Virus record (IMG/VR): IMGVR_UViG_3300042520_001372
Direction: 5' to 3' (one strand)
DNA length: 64,000 nt
Source: a virus
Of the stretch, positions 16,416-26,319 are shown in pieces (the stretch's first letter is position 1; every line of letters begins with the position of its first letter). Both the position numbers and the translations under genes were made by a program. The notes under the pieces were generated by a model. The model ran no database searches. It had not been told where the DNA came from and was given only the letters and a program-made list of their open reading frames with translations.

Positions 16416-16733
16416 TTATTTAGTTGATACCGGACTAGCAATCTTAGAAGCATACATCTTAAAGATAATTCGTCCGATTGAGTCACTATAAATAGTATAG
16501 CTACCAGTCTTGCGATCCATCATAATCAATTTGTCTTCTGAATCGATTGCGATTCGAACTTCTTTATTCAAGATAGTTTCATTAACTGCTTTAGGTTTCA
16601 TCTTCAATTCATTGAAGTAGTAACCGAGACCAAAGCCTCCAATTAAGGTTGCAGTAACAATTGCAACGTTCATAAATCGGTTGAAGATAACTTTCAACTT
16701 GTCTTTTTGTTCTGTACTAATTAGATTTTTCAT
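16416..16733 (-). CDS. membrane protein
   Basis: Single TM segment VAIVTATLIGGFGLGYYF. Confidence 0.7.
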   Translation of the reverse strand: MKNLISTEQKDKLKVIFNRFMNVAIVTATLIGGFGLGYYFNELKMKPKAVNETILNKEVRIAIDSEDKLIMMDRKTGSYTIYSDSIGRIIFKMYASKIASPVSTK

Positions 16734-17037
16734 AACTTATTTCTTTTTGTTTTAAATGTTTTATTGCTTCAACTACTTCCCGGCATTGTTCGTATAATTC
16801 ATTATCTACCAGTACTTTTAAATTCTTCTCTAAAGTAACGATAAATTCTTCAGGATTGCAAGTTAAATCATAAAATTCTTCTTCATCTTCCATCTCTACT
16901 GAGATAATATGCACATGCTTCTTAGTACAATCTAGATTAGCTATAATTGCAGTACATATAATAGAGGCAAGCTTGGCATCTCCTTGCTTAACTCTTTCCA
17001 TAAAATCTGCTTCAGACTTAACCTTATATGTTCTCAT
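16717..17037 (-). CDS. hypothetical protein with C-terminal UVR-like motif
   Basis: L..NELYEQC.EV...I; start MRTYK. Confidence 0.65.
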   Translation of the reverse strand: MRTYKVKSEADFMERVKQGDAKLASIICTAIIANLDCTKKHVHIISVEMEDEEEFYDLTCNPEEFIVTLEKNLKVLVDNELYEQCREVVEAIKHLKQKEISYEKSN

Positions 17038-17038
17038 C

Positions 17039-17194
17039 TCAGAATAAATCAAGGGGATTTCTTTTTAGGGTGTATTTTTTCATCTGAGTGGCTTTCTCAT
17101 CTGCTTTGAGCATTTCGGTTGCAATTCTCTCCAAATGCTTTCTCTTCTCTTTTTCCTTATTCTCTAGGATCTTTTCGTGCTTTGTCTTCTTCAT
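17039..17194 (-). CDS. 51-aa basic protein (not in ORF track)
   Basis: MKKTKHEKILENKEKEKRKHLERIA...NPLDLF fills the gap with coupled start and stop. Confidence 0.55.
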   Translation of the reverse strand: MKKTKHEKILENKEKEKRKHLERIATEMLKADEKATQMKKYTLKRNPLDLF

Positions 17195-17823
17195 AAGCGG
17201 CTGATGAAATCATCCTGCTTCGGTTCTTCATCTGTCAATCCCAACTCTTTTAATCTCTGAAGTTGGTATTCGTCAAGTTCCCAGCTAGGTTCTTCCTGCT
17301 TATAAATAGTTACGTGATCTTCAAGTCCTTGTATTTGTTTATTTTCAAATACGTCTCCTACTGTTAAGAAGAAGCAATTGTAGCAAAGTAGGTCTAAGTT
17401 TTCTGCTCGGTAGTTCTTTTTATTACCATCCTTAAAGTGCATAAGGAGAGGCATTTTGTAATCAAGGACTCTCCTCTCACTAAAATGGCAATTGTAACAT
17501 TCCTCTAGTAGGTAACCTTCAGTGATCATTCGATCTTTTATCTTTGCCGGTGTAAAGGAATGCGGTGATGCATTACCTTCTACGATATCCAATAAAGATG
17601 GTTCATCTGATTTACCTGTTAAGAACTTTGGAATGCCTGTACCGGATTGGTTTTTATGCTTTTCCCATAGAGATATTCCTAGTGCTTCATCCTTGTATTG
17701 TTTAGCATATTTTTTATAATGCACAAAAGATACTGAAAGATACCGGGCAGCTGCTCGGTTAGATCTAGTTCGGCTCATCGCCGATAAGACCATATCCTTA
17801 GATAGAAACTTAATCTTGGTCAT
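17191..17823 (-). CDS. HTH plus HNH-like Zn-finger protein
   Basis: SNRAAARYL.VS HTH; CYNC...LMHFKDGNKKN...NL.LLCYNC. Confidence 0.75.
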   Translation of the reverse strand: MTKIKFLSKDMVLSAMSRTRSNRAAARYLSVSFVHYKKYAKQYKDEALGISLWEKHKNQSGTGIPKFLTGKSDEPSLLDIVEGNASPHSFTPAKIKDRMITEGYLLEECYNCHFSERRVLDYKMPLLMHFKDGNKKNYRAENLDLLCYNCFFLTVGDVFENKQIQGLEDHVTIYKQEEPSWELDEYQLQRLKELGLTDEEPKQDDFISRL

Positions 17824-18067
17824 TGTCTATCAATTCATCATCCCGAAAGTTTGATGTTGATTGATTTTTCTTTCCAAAGACTTGGTCATACTGATCTGCT
17901 TCCATGATAACTAAGTCGTTGAAAGTATCTTCACCCTCTCCTTTTGTTATTGTGATAGATCTTTTCATCTTAGATGATGAACAACTAACGCATGTTGTAG
18001 CACTTGGAAGTGCTTTCAATCGACCTTCCGGGATTGCTTCTTTACATTTAATACACTGTACTGTCAT
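17810..18067 (-). CDS. TraR/DksA C4-type zinc-finger protein
   Basis: CIKCKEAIPEGRLKALPSATTCVSC. Confidence 0.85.
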   Translation of the reverse strand: MTVQCIKCKEAIPEGRLKALPSATTCVSCSSSKMKRSITITKGEGEDTFNDLVIMEADQYDQVFGKKNQSTSNFRDDELIDNDQD

Positions 18068-18122
18068 AACTTACTATTTTATTTTGTTATAATATATGAA
18101 TTTCTTTAGGGAATAGCAAGTT

Positions 18123-18521
18123 TTATAAGTCGAACTTAAAAACAATTAGCTCATAAAGATCTCCGGGAGTCTTAAAGAAGTATTCTGTTCCATCTTCATC
18201 CTCCCAGGCCATTATATCTCCAGCTGCATTCTTTCTCTCATAAACATACCACCAAACAATACTAGCAACCTCTTCATTAAAGGCAAAGCTTAACATCTCT
18301 TCCATCATAGTCCAGTATGGAGCAACGATAGTTGAGGTATCGATCCCTGTCTGAGTGAATGTTTTATGCTCGTTAGTAACTAACTTCTCTAAATGATTAA
18401 TCATCTTGGTGAAGAGTTTCTTTTCTTCTTCCAAGATTCCATCCTCTGTTATATCAATAACTTTAAACCTAACCCCAAGAGCCTTTTCAAGACCCTTCTT
18501 AATACTTTCAAAACCTTCCAT
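18123..18521 (-). CDS. hypothetical protein
   Basis: 132 aa; WWYVYER...TP.DLY. Confidence 0.75.
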   Translation of the reverse strand: MEGFESIKKGLEKALGVRFKVIDITEDGILEEEKKLFTKMINHLEKLVTNEHKTFTQTGIDTSTIVAPYWTMMEEMLSFAFNEEVASIVWWYVYERKNAAGDIMAWEDEDGTEYFFKTPGDLYELIVFKFDL

Positions 18522-18525
18522 AAGA

Positions 18526-18696
18526 TTATCTAAGACGTGATTTTATATTTGTAACTGAGAATATCTCTAAAAATTGTTCGACTGGTAAGCCTTTCATTGC
18601 TGCAAAGAAGCTAACTGCTTGCTGCATAGTTTCAGCTGCTTGGGTCATTATTACCTCCTTGTTAGGATCATTCTTTCTATAGAATCCGAATTTCAT
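18526..18696 (-). CDS. 56-aa hypothetical protein (not in ORF track)
   Basis: MKFGFYRKND...AVSFFAAMKGLPVEQFLEIFSV; ATGA overlap. Confidence 0.65.
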   Translation of the reverse strand: MKFGFYRKNDPNKEVIMTQAAETMQQAVSFFAAMKGLPVEQFLEIFSVTNIKSRLR

Positions 18697-19010
18697 ATTT
18701 TATCTATTAGGTTTTTAATTTCAACACATTTTAAGTAATCTTCTTCCTGCTGATAAATAGTTAGAATAAGGTTTAATAATTTCTTGAACTGCTTCCTCTC
18801 GACTGAAAGATCTAATCCATAGTAAACCATTCTAAATAAGACTAGTTCGTCTCTTCCATCATTGATTGCATCGGTGATTCTTTCTAATACTCTCAACTTA
18901 ATAACTTCTTTGAACTCAGGAGTCTTGAGAGTTTCGGCAAAGCTTTGTTCAATATCTTCTTCGTCCTCAAAATAAACTTCGAGGTAGATTGGCTCATCTA
19001 TTTTCTTCAT
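18693..19010 (-). CDS. hypothetical protein with C-terminal UVR-like motif
   Basis: L.IY.QEEDYLKC.EIKNLI. Confidence 0.7.
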   Translation of the reverse strand: MKKIDEPIYLEVYFEDEEDIEQSFAETLKTPEFKEVIKLRVLERITDAINDGRDELVLFRMVYYGLDLSVERKQFKKLLNLILTIYQQEEDYLKCVEIKNLIDKI

Positions 19011-19762
19011 AGTATAAATTTTAAATTAGTTTCTGGATGAGAATAAATATAGCTACTCCATTTGTATTTTGCATACTCGTGTCCTTTTTGTTCTGCCTGC
19101 AGTCTTTTTTCGCCGTTAGTTGAAATGGAAGCAAAATGGTAAAAGTGACAATTATATGTTCTAACCATTTTTAAATCTGATATAGCACATTTTAAAAAGA
19201 AATCCCAATCAGCTACCATACCTGCTTCATAATTTTCATCCCATCCGCCTAATCTTATGTAATCATATTTGTTCATAAAGATCGGTAAAGTTGATCCCGA
19301 TTCTTCTGTTTTACCCTCCCTGACTGAATTTTCGTAATCCCAGTAAGTTTGTAGGTCAAACGTTTTAGGATCTCTTCCTAGATCCTTAATATGGAATTGT
19401 CTGAAGATAGAAGGAGAAGGCTCGATTTGATTAGGAGCTAATACATATCCGGGTTTATATTCCTCAAGTAACACTTGATCCCATACATCCGGAAAGACAT
19501 TATCATCATTTACAATCAGAATCTTATCAAACTTAGCATTATAAACTCCTAAGTTAGTTGCCCGGCAAAGCCCGACGTTCTCTTCTAAAACTAGAATCTC
19601 AACAGAGTCTTTATACCTATCAAGAACCTCCTTATTAACCTCATAGAACCCATCTACCACTACTATAATTTGGTTGTTTAACCTCTGTCCGTTAATGGCT
19701 GATCTTAAACATAAGTCCAGCGTTTCAGGCTCTTTATATGTAGGGATGATTACTGAGATCAT
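19007..19762 (-). CDS. glycosyltransferase family 2
   Basis: ISVIIPTY, VVVDG, N.G...A.N.G, VNDD, GGWDE, D.DF. Confidence 0.9.
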   Translation of the reverse strand: MISVIIPTYKEPETLDLCLRSAINGQRLNNQIIVVVDGFYEVNKEVLDRYKDSVEILVLEENVGLCRATNLGVYNAKFDKILIVNDDNVFPDVWDQVLLEEYKPGYVLAPNQIEPSPSIFRQFHIKDLGRDPKTFDLQTYWDYENSVREGKTEESGSTLPIFMNKYDYIRLGGWDENYEAGMVADWDFFLKCAISDLKMVRTYNCHFYHFASISTNGEKRLQAEQKGHEYAKYKWSSYIYSHPETNLKFIL

Positions 19763-20454
19763 ACTAAGCTCCAATCTGTTAGAGGTGATAGCCAAGCTGT
19801 CTCTCCATGAGTTGCATACCCGGGAATAGAGCTTATTAATAACTCTCCCTGCTCTCTCAAATCTAAGAACATTTTAAAGTCCTCAGGATAGCTTCCTTGA
19901 GTATACTTACGGAGAGTTTCTTCTGTTCTCTTTAATGTTGAGACTGTAGCTGCAAAGGTCATAGTAGTTGAGTTTGTTATCTTCCAATGAGTTGATTCCG
20001 TTAAGTATACTCGAGTATCTTCTGCTCCTCCTTCACAGTAGGGATTCCCTCCTCGGGATGGCGGTAGATACTTATCAGGATGATCATATAAAGATATGAA
20101 CGAAGCTCCTAATTGCAAACCTTCTTTAATAATTTTATCTGAGTTTGGTTTATGTAAGTAATCATTCTCTAGGAAGTAAACAACTTCTTCATCCGGTAAT
20201 TGCAGCGCTTCATCTAAAGCCAAGTTAAAGGTACCTGCTCCATGACCGACAGAAATATACTCAATAAAGTTTCTAGGGCTATGCTTTTGAATCATATCGT
20301 TAGTCTCTTCTGAGATATTATCTGCAAGGATAGTCCAGTCGTTATCAAACCAAGGGAAGGTCTGGATAGCATTCTTCAGACAGGCCTCATTGTTTATGTA
20401 AACTGGTTTTACTTTGCTATAACCTGAATCGGATATTCTATAGATTATTTTCAT
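19759..20454 (-). CDS. GT-A fold glycosyltransferase-like protein
   Basis: ILADN, VVYFLENDYLH, SLYDHPD, STTMTFA. Confidence 0.7.
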   Translation of the reverse strand: MKIIYRISDSGYSKVKPVYINNEACLKNAIQTFPWFDNDWTILADNISEETNDMIQKHSPRNFIEYISVGHGAGTFNLALDEALQLPDEEVVYFLENDYLHKPNSDKIIKEGLQLGASFISLYDHPDKYLPPSRGGNPYCEGGAEDTRVYLTESTHWKITNSTTMTFAATVSTLKRTEETLRKYTQGSYPEDFKMFLDLREQGELLISSIPGYATHGETAWLSPLTDWSLV

Positions 20455-20457
20455 ATA

Positions 20458-21348
20458 CTATGATAGCAAATTTATTATATGATTTGCAACTTCTTTATCG
20501 GCTAAGTAGGCATCTAGTACCGTATGAGGATCTCCAAAATATTCTCTAGGACCTAAACGAGGCTGTTTAATCTGCTTTAACACTCCATTCCAACCGTAAA
20601 GCTGTAAATTAAAGTCGCCTGTAATTACAGTCTTAGTCCCTACTCCTGCAGCAATTGTAGCTAATCCTCCATCAGTTCCGATAAATGCAACACAATGCTT
20701 CATTATAGAAGCTTCAAACAAAAGTGATTTTTGATCATCATCTGGCAAATATAAAGTCTGTTGCTGGTTGGCATCTCCAACACCGATTGGGTATAAAGTA
20801 AAATGCTCCTGCAGTTCGTTTACTATGTATTGAATGTCTCTATGTGCTCCTCCGTAACCTAGGTTTGGAACATCTACACCTGCTTCATACTGCTCAGGAG
20901 TAAATAGGTAAGTCTTTGGTTGCCAATTAGTCATAAAAGCAAGAACTGGTTTGTTACCTGTCTGTCTTAATTCAACAACAACATCTCTAGCAATAGCATC
21001 ATATTCCGGAGTGGTGTAAACTACATACCCGGAGGATAATTCTTCAAAGCCGGCTTGCTGTTGGTATTGTTCGCAAGGAGTAATTTGATAGTCTAAAGCT
21101 CCTAACTCAATAACCTTGCTGTAATTATTCCCAGTACAGGGATGATAAGGTTTAGGGCCTGGTATTTGTGATATAAAGACCCTATCTATAAATGGATTGT
21201 TCTCAACTAATTGAGCTACTTGTGGAAAGCCGATTAAGTAATCTACTTGAGAATAACCTTCTCCTTTTAGCTTTTCAGCTAAGGATGTTGCGAAGATAAT
21301 ATCTCCAAAGAAGCCAAAAGTTACTACTAAACAATTAGTATTGCTCAT
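20458..21348 (-). CDS. GT9/heptosyltransferase-like GT-B glycosyltransferase
   Basis: FGDIIFATS, L.ENNPFIDRV, FIGTDGG...IAAG.G. Confidence 0.8.
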   Translation of the reverse strand: MSNTNCLVVTFGFFGDIIFATSLAEKLKGEGYSQVDYLIGFPQVAQLVENNPFIDRVFISQIPGPKPYHPCTGNNYSKVIELGALDYQITPCEQYQQQAGFEELSSGYVVYTTPEYDAIARDVVVELRQTGNKPVLAFMTNWQPKTYLFTPEQYEAGVDVPNLGYGGAHRDIQYIVNELQEHFTLYPIGVGDANQQQTLYLPDDDQKSLLFEASIMKHCVAFIGTDGGLATIAAGVGTKTVITGDFNLQLYGWNGVLKQIKQPRLGPREYFGDPHTVLDAYLADKEVANHIINLLS

Positions 21349-21712
21349 AGGATTTTTCTTCCACAAATAATGAACCTGTCAGTAGGTTAATTTCTTTTTT
21401 AACTTCTGCTCTCTTGTCGTTAGTAACATAAATTTGTCTAGCATAATGAATAAACTCTTCATCAAAGACTTTATTCTTCTCTTTCATTCGAATATCATCC
21501 TCTAGATCCCAAAGTGTTTCGTTAACTGTTTTCACTTTTTCGTATAGGATACGAACCTGCTCATCTTCTAAAAGGCTAGCTCCTATATTAGTTAATTCTG
21601 TATACTCTGTATGTATGTTCTTCAGTTTACTTTCGTCTGAAATCCGTTCTAATTTAATTTGCAGTATGCTAATTTTATCTAGCAACTCTCCGTCTGATAT
21701 TTCTACTTTCAT
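21335..21712 (-). CDS. DUF6165 family protein
   Basis: S.GELLDKISILQIK...N..LWD.ED..R...AR.IY..ND.R...K..IN...S...EEKSY. Confidence 0.85.
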   Translation of the reverse strand: MKVEISDGELLDKISILQIKLERISDESKLKNIHTEYTELTNIGASLLEDEQVRILYEKVKTVNETLWDLEDDIRMKEKNKVFDEEFIHYARQIYVTNDKRAEVKKEINLLTGSLFVEEKSYEQY

Positions 21713-22437
21713 AAATTTATTTTGTAGTTGTTTGATTTAATCCATTTTACATTCTCTAATCCTATTGGTATTTCCTCTAAAGTATATTCAATATTATCAT
21801 AACCAACATGCCTATATTCATAAGCTTTTTGGTATAGCATCTTTCCTTCGTAGAAGTCTCTTTGATCCTGTTCTGGTTTCAAATGCATTGCTCCATTATC
21901 ATCATGGTACAAACAGAAATAAGTACCTTCAGACTGTCTCACTACAGGAATACTAGCCCATCTTAGTCTCTCTCTTAAGTCTTCATCTTCGTTACCCCAC
22001 CCTTTATATAGAGGATTTAAACCGTTAATAACCTCAAACTGCTCTCTTGACATCATTACAACCCCGCCGTAAAAATTAGGATCGATTGCTTGAGAGAAGC
22101 TTCTGTAACCGCCTGGAATGTCATGCTCAGGCCTTAAGCTTGCGTTGTCCTTATCAAGGAAGAATGCTTTTGCTCCCATTAGAGTAACAGTTCCGGTAAA
22201 AGTATAATCTAAATCGTCAGCTGGATAATAATCAACCTGATGTAGAATAATAACATCCCCGGTTGCTTCTTTGAAGCCAATATTATTTACAATAGCAATC
22301 TGGAAATTATCTTCGTTACCTTGTTCGGAGATTATAATTTCATATTCTTTATCTGCAAACTTATCTTGCAGTCTTGGTAGCAATACCTCCAGATGCTCTT
22401 CCCTATTCCGGTAAGGTATAATAATTGAGTATTTCAT
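21709..22437 (-). CDS. galactosyltransferase-like (GT7/GT2) glycosyltransferase
   Basis: IIIPYRNREEHL, GGV, NG....Y.GWGNEDED. Confidence 0.88.
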   Translation of the reverse strand: MKYSIIIPYRNREEHLEVLLPRLQDKFADKEYEIIISEQGNEDNFQIAIVNNIGFKEATGDVIILHQVDYYPADDLDYTFTGTVTLMGAKAFFLDKDNASLRPEHDIPGGYRSFSQAIDPNFYGGVVMMSREQFEVINGLNPLYKGWGNEDEDLRERLRWASIPVVRQSEGTYFCLYHDDNGAMHLKPEQDQRDFYEGKMLYQKAYEYRHVGYDNIEYTLEEIPIGLENVKWIKSNNYKINL

Positions 22438-23203
22438 CTCCGAATCTATCATATTGGTGAATAACTGTGTAGTCTTTTAAAGTATTCAAATCAAACTTAA
22501 CCACTCCTTCTTTAATAACATGTAGATGAACTGCAAATTTATCTTCTAGACTTGTGAAGGTTGTTTTATGTTTGTAAGAATTTCTTGTAAGATAATTAAA
22601 AGAAGTCTGATCGGCAACTTTAAATTTACCACAAGACATTAGGAAGATATCTTTACATAGAGCTTTAACATCCTCTGCTCCGCCTCCAAATACTCCAACA
22701 TTAAGAACTTCCTCTTCTGCTAATTCAGATCCTAGGAAGCCTAAGTTAACATAAAGATGTTCTAAGTTCCATCTGTGATCTTCATACTTAATAACCTCCC
22801 CGGTTGCAATGATGCCTTCTAAAGGTACTCTTGAAAAAGGTGATTGAGTAAACACAACGTCCTTCACATCTGTTATGAATACTTTCTCATACTGCATATC
22901 ATTAAGGAAGTTAGCAATGTGAAGGAACCGAATATTATGTACTAGGTTGTAAGAGCTTTCCGGGGTTACTCTTCCGGTGTCTGTCAAAAACTCATCCTGT
23001 ATCGCTCCAAAGAAATTAACCTGTGGAAGGTAAACATCTACATTATTTTCAGCTAAGTATGATACTAAAGGTGAATTTGAATTTCCATTATATAAATACA
23101 AGACTCTGTCTGTATCTTCGAACTTAGAAGTTTGCACCCAATTCTTAATATCAGCAACAGAATAGTTATTACTGATTGCTCCTATAAGTAAATTTTTATT
23201 CAT
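22403..23203 (-). CDS. GT-A glycosyltransferase-like protein
   Basis: RF...FITDVKDVVF...PF, LNVGVFGG, DQ..FN, HQYDR. Confidence 0.75.
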   Translation of the reverse strand: MNKNLLIGAISNNYSVADIKNWVQTSKFEDTDRVLYLYNGNSNSPLVSYLAENNVDVYLPQVNFFGAIQDEFLTDTGRVTPESSYNLVHNIRFLHIANFLNDMQYEKVFITDVKDVVFTQSPFSRVPLEGIIATGEVIKYEDHRWNLEHLYVNLGFLGSELAEEEVLNVGVFGGGAEDVKALCKDIFLMSCGKFKVADQTSFNYLTRNSYKHKTTFTSLEDKFAVHLHVIKEGVVKFDLNTLKDYTVIHQYDRFGDEILNYYTLPE

Positions 23204-24017
23204 TAAAGTTAATATAATTAATTTCTGGGTTAACGAACCAACCGATATTGTCTGAATACTTCTCTTCACCTATCCAATGGTAAGCATCTCCGGTCATTGG
23301 TAATTCAATAATTCGTTTCTTATCTAAAGCGGAAGCAATTGAGGATGGTCCTGATAAGTTACCTACATAGAGTGCTGCTGAGTTAATTGCTGTAAACCAA
23401 TTATGCACATCCCCTATTTGGTAGAACTCACATTGATCTTTGAATGGGAATAAATCATAATCCTTCTGCTCAGTACCGATAAAGACAACCTGTCCCGGAT
23501 AAGCTTCCATAATACTTTGGTAAGGGAATTCATTATTAATCCTTGAGTGACTGTACCTCCTGTTAATAATAACCTTATCGGTAAAGTATGGATCAATCTC
23601 ATTGAACTGTATCCACTGATAAGGCTTTTTAATTTCAAAATCAAAAGTTAAGCTAAAGATTTCAGACCAGCAAGTCTTATAGAGGTGAGGAGATCTCATA
23701 AAATGCTCTAGGTGCGTAAAGCCTTCCTCTACCAATTTAGGTTCGTAGACTTCAATAGGCCCACTAATAACATTTGGATTAGTAGGCACTATCTTAAAGT
23801 CCTCAAGCATCTGAAAGGAATTAACAAATGGTTGGTTCATTACCAAGTCGCGAAGTTCCTTGTATGCTGTATCAGTTCCTAATTCGAACCCTCCTTCAAC
23901 ATGGTAGAGGTAAATATCTGCCATTGTATTATTCTTCTCACATAGATGCTTCATACCGAACATCATATGCATAAAGTCACCAAGCTTACCGCAGATAGTA
24001 AAGTTCTCAGTTCTCAT
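23196..24017 (-). CDS. GT-B-like glycosyltransferase
   Basis: GKLGD, VVFIG, YVGNLSGP.SIA.AL. Confidence 0.65.
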   Translation of the reverse strand: MRTENFTICGKLGDFMHMMFGMKHLCEKNNTMADIYLYHVEGGFELGTDTAYKELRDLVMNQPFVNSFQMLEDFKIVPTNPNVISGPIEVYEPKLVEEGFTHLEHFMRSPHLYKTCWSEIFSLTFDFEIKKPYQWIQFNEIDPYFTDKVIINRRYSHSRINNEFPYQSIMEAYPGQVVFIGTEQKDYDLFPFKDQCEFYQIGDVHNWFTAINSAALYVGNLSGPSSIASALDKKRIIELPMTGDAYHWIGEEKYSDNIGWFVNPEINYINFNE

Positions 24018-24646
24018 TAAATTCTCTTCTTGAAGCAAGCTGTTAAGATGTTTGGTGACAATGCTTTATCAACTCGAACCTTATCTTCAACATTGCAGTA
24101 ATTAATCATATCGAACCCTTGCCTGTTCATAAAAGCTTCTAAACTCTTTTCTGTGAAATGGTACAAGTGTTCATCAGGCTTTCTATGCTTCCAGGTTTCA
24201 AACCAAGCATCATCTAAGCCATTAACGCACCAAGGTAAGCTGATAACAGCATACTTACATTGAAGGTTCTTAACGAACTCAATATCGCCAAAATGTTCTA
24301 AGCTATCAAAGAATGTAATAACGTCAGCGTACTGGTTAGTAATATCATCAACGAAGTTAATTCCCGGGTTCAAAGGATAGGCTGGCTGTATATCGTTACC
24401 GTAAAGCTCTCCAATAAATCCTCGGCAAGATTCTAAAAAGTCTCCATTACCGTATCCAACATCCATAAGCGATTTAGGGACCTCTCCAGTTGCGCCAATA
24501 ATATAACCCAATCTCAAATTCAAAATGTTTCCTCTGTCATTGAAGTGAGAGTATCTACTATCTGAATAATCAATGTCGTAGTTGTAAGGCTTACATTCGA
24601 TTTGCTTAATAACACCGTCCTGTGTTAATTCGTAGTTGTTTAACAT
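24017..24646 (-). CDS. class I SAM methyltransferase
   Basis: LMDVGYGNGDF, ITFFDSLEH, EHL.HF. Confidence 0.85.
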   Translation of the reverse strand: MLNNYELTQDGVIKQIECKPYNYDIDYSDSRYSHFNDRGNILNLRLGYIIGATGEVPKSLMDVGYGNGDFLESCRGFIGELYGNDIQPAYPLNPGINFVDDITNQYADVITFFDSLEHFGDIEFVKNLQCKYAVISLPWCVNGLDDAWFETWKHRKPDEHLYHFTEKSLEAFMNRQGFDMINYCNVEDKVRVDKALSPNILTACFKKRI

Positions 24647-24689
24647 AATATTATAATATAAGGATTAGTTTAGTAAATAGCAATTTATC

Positions 24690-25517
24690 TTAAGAAAAAT
24701 CTACATCTGTTGCCCAGTAAGCATGACCGCCTCTTTCTGTCTCCATTACATCGTAGTGGTATTGTTGCATTCCATTTTTAGGCCACTGCATTTGTATTTT
24801 TGGAAAAAGTAGGAACAGTTCTTCCATCACTTCCTGACTTGTGTTTAAAGCTTCTGATACTTTCGGTGCTTTATCTTTTAAGTATGTATCAGCATCTGTA
24901 AGGTGCTTAGCTGCCTCTTTGTTATATTTAGCAACGTAAGGAATGGTTAGGTAAACTTCTGACCTTGTATAAAGCTCTTCGTAAGGCCTACTTAACGCTG
25001 CTTCATCATGCCAAGACATATCATACTCAATTCCAAATAAGGTAAGTAGGTCTTCTTTTCTGCCCCAGAATATATGATCAATCGGATGGTAAGGATAATC
25101 TTTACACATAGCCATAATACCGATTTTAGCTAATGGTTTAGTTTCTTCTCTAAAATACTCTGAGTTGATTTCATTTTTGCTGAAGTAGTAATCATAAAGC
25201 TTCAACATGCTCTCCAAAGAAACTATTTGATCTCCTCTCATCTTTATTACATACTCAGCAGCGGTTGCTTTAATACCTTCGTAAGAGGACTTAACTAATC
25301 GGTTTCTATTCCAGCTTCCAGGAAATTCTACATCCTTACTCTTCAATACATAGATCTTTGGATTTTCCCAATCAATCATAGTATCGTCAATATCAGGGCA
25401 AGTCTCCCAGCAGGATATTACTACAGCATTTACAAAAGGTAATTTTGTATAGTGATCAGCAATACGAGCAGTGTATGGCTGCAAAGGTCCTTGCAGAACA
25501 ATATCTATAGGTATCAT
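24690..25517 (-). CDS. WavE-like polysaccharide synthesis protein
   Basis: IVLQGP, ISCW, N.N....SS..G, K.R.D, YH..DHIFWG. Confidence 0.75.
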   Translation of the reverse strand: MIPIDIVLQGPLQPYTARIADHYTKLPFVNAVVISCWETCPDIDDTMIDWENPKIYVLKSKDVEFPGSWNRNRLVKSSYEGIKATAAEYVIKMRGDQIVSLESMLKLYDYYFSKNEINSEYFREETKPLAKIGIMAMCKDYPYHPIDHIFWGRKEDLLTLFGIEYDMSWHDEAALSRPYEELYTRSEVYLTIPYVAKYNKEAAKHLTDADTYLKDKAPKVSEALNTSQEVMEELFLLFPKIQMQWPKNGMQQYHYDVMETERGGHAYWATDVDFS

Positions 25518-25972
25518 AACAGAGTTTCTACTTCATGTAAATAATCCGAACATACTCCATAAACATCTTGAGCTATATAACCATACTCGTTAATGCTTTG
25601 AAGATCTAGCAAAGGGATAATTGATTTACTATTAGCAGATTCTAAGTCATGAGACCAGATCAGATTAGTATTGTTAATAATAGTTTGCCTTTCCTGTTCG
25701 TGGAAAAAGATTCTTAGACCTGTCTCGATTAGGAAATCCAGACTCTCAAAATCTTTTGTATGCACCCACAGCTTATCTTTTCTTTCCAGTAGCCAGCTCA
25801 ACTCAACTCGATATTGCGGATGGTCGTGACCTAGATACAGTTGACCTTCTTTCATTCGAACATCAATCTCAACATCGTATCCTAAAGTAATAGTATCCTG
25901 AATGTAGCTAGGTCGGTTCTCGGAGTCCGGTATCCTGCCGGTAATGTTTCCTCTATGTGAAATTAAAATCAT
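25514..25972 (-). CDS. GDPD/PI-PLC-like phosphodiesterase
   Basis: ISHRGN...EN.P...GYDVEIDV...LGHD...WVH.K...GVCSD. Confidence 0.8.
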   Translation of the reverse strand: MILISHRGNITGRIPDSENRPSYIQDTITLGYDVEIDVRMKEGQLYLGHDHPQYRVELSWLLERKDKLWVHTKDFESLDFLIETGLRIFFHEQERQTIINNTNLIWSHDLESANSKSIIPLLDLQSINEYGYIAQDVYGVCSDYLHEVETLL

Positions 25973-26319
25973 AATTCTTCTATTCTTTTTGCTTTATCGT
26001 CAACAACTAAATCATAAAGAGGTTTTTTATCTCCAACCTCTAGGTTGTGGAACTTTGCTCCCCATTCCTTTAATTGCTTTAAAGTTAATGCTCGGTATTC
26101 TTCCATACGCTCTTTGTTGGTAGGATCAGAACTTCCTCTAGCTGTCCAATAAGTAATAATCCAACCTTCATTATAAAGCTTGTTTATCTTCTGAATGTTT
26201 TCCCGGCTTGGTGTAGCTAATTCATAGACTCTATCTCCTTCATAGAAGCAAATCGTCTCATCTATATCAACAAAAGCTATAGGGTAAGCATTGTTTTTAT
26301 TGTGTATCTCCTTGTTCAT
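25969..26319 (-). CDS. HAD-family phosphatase (capsule-type)
   Basis: VDIDETIC, YWTARG, KP.YD..VDDKA. Confidence 0.85.
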   Translation of the reverse strand: MNKEIHNKNNAYPIAFVDIDETICFYEGDRVYELATPSRENIQKINKLYNEGWIITYWTARGSSDPTNKERMEEYRALTLKQLKEWGAKFHNLEVGDKKPLYDLVVDDKAKRIEEL

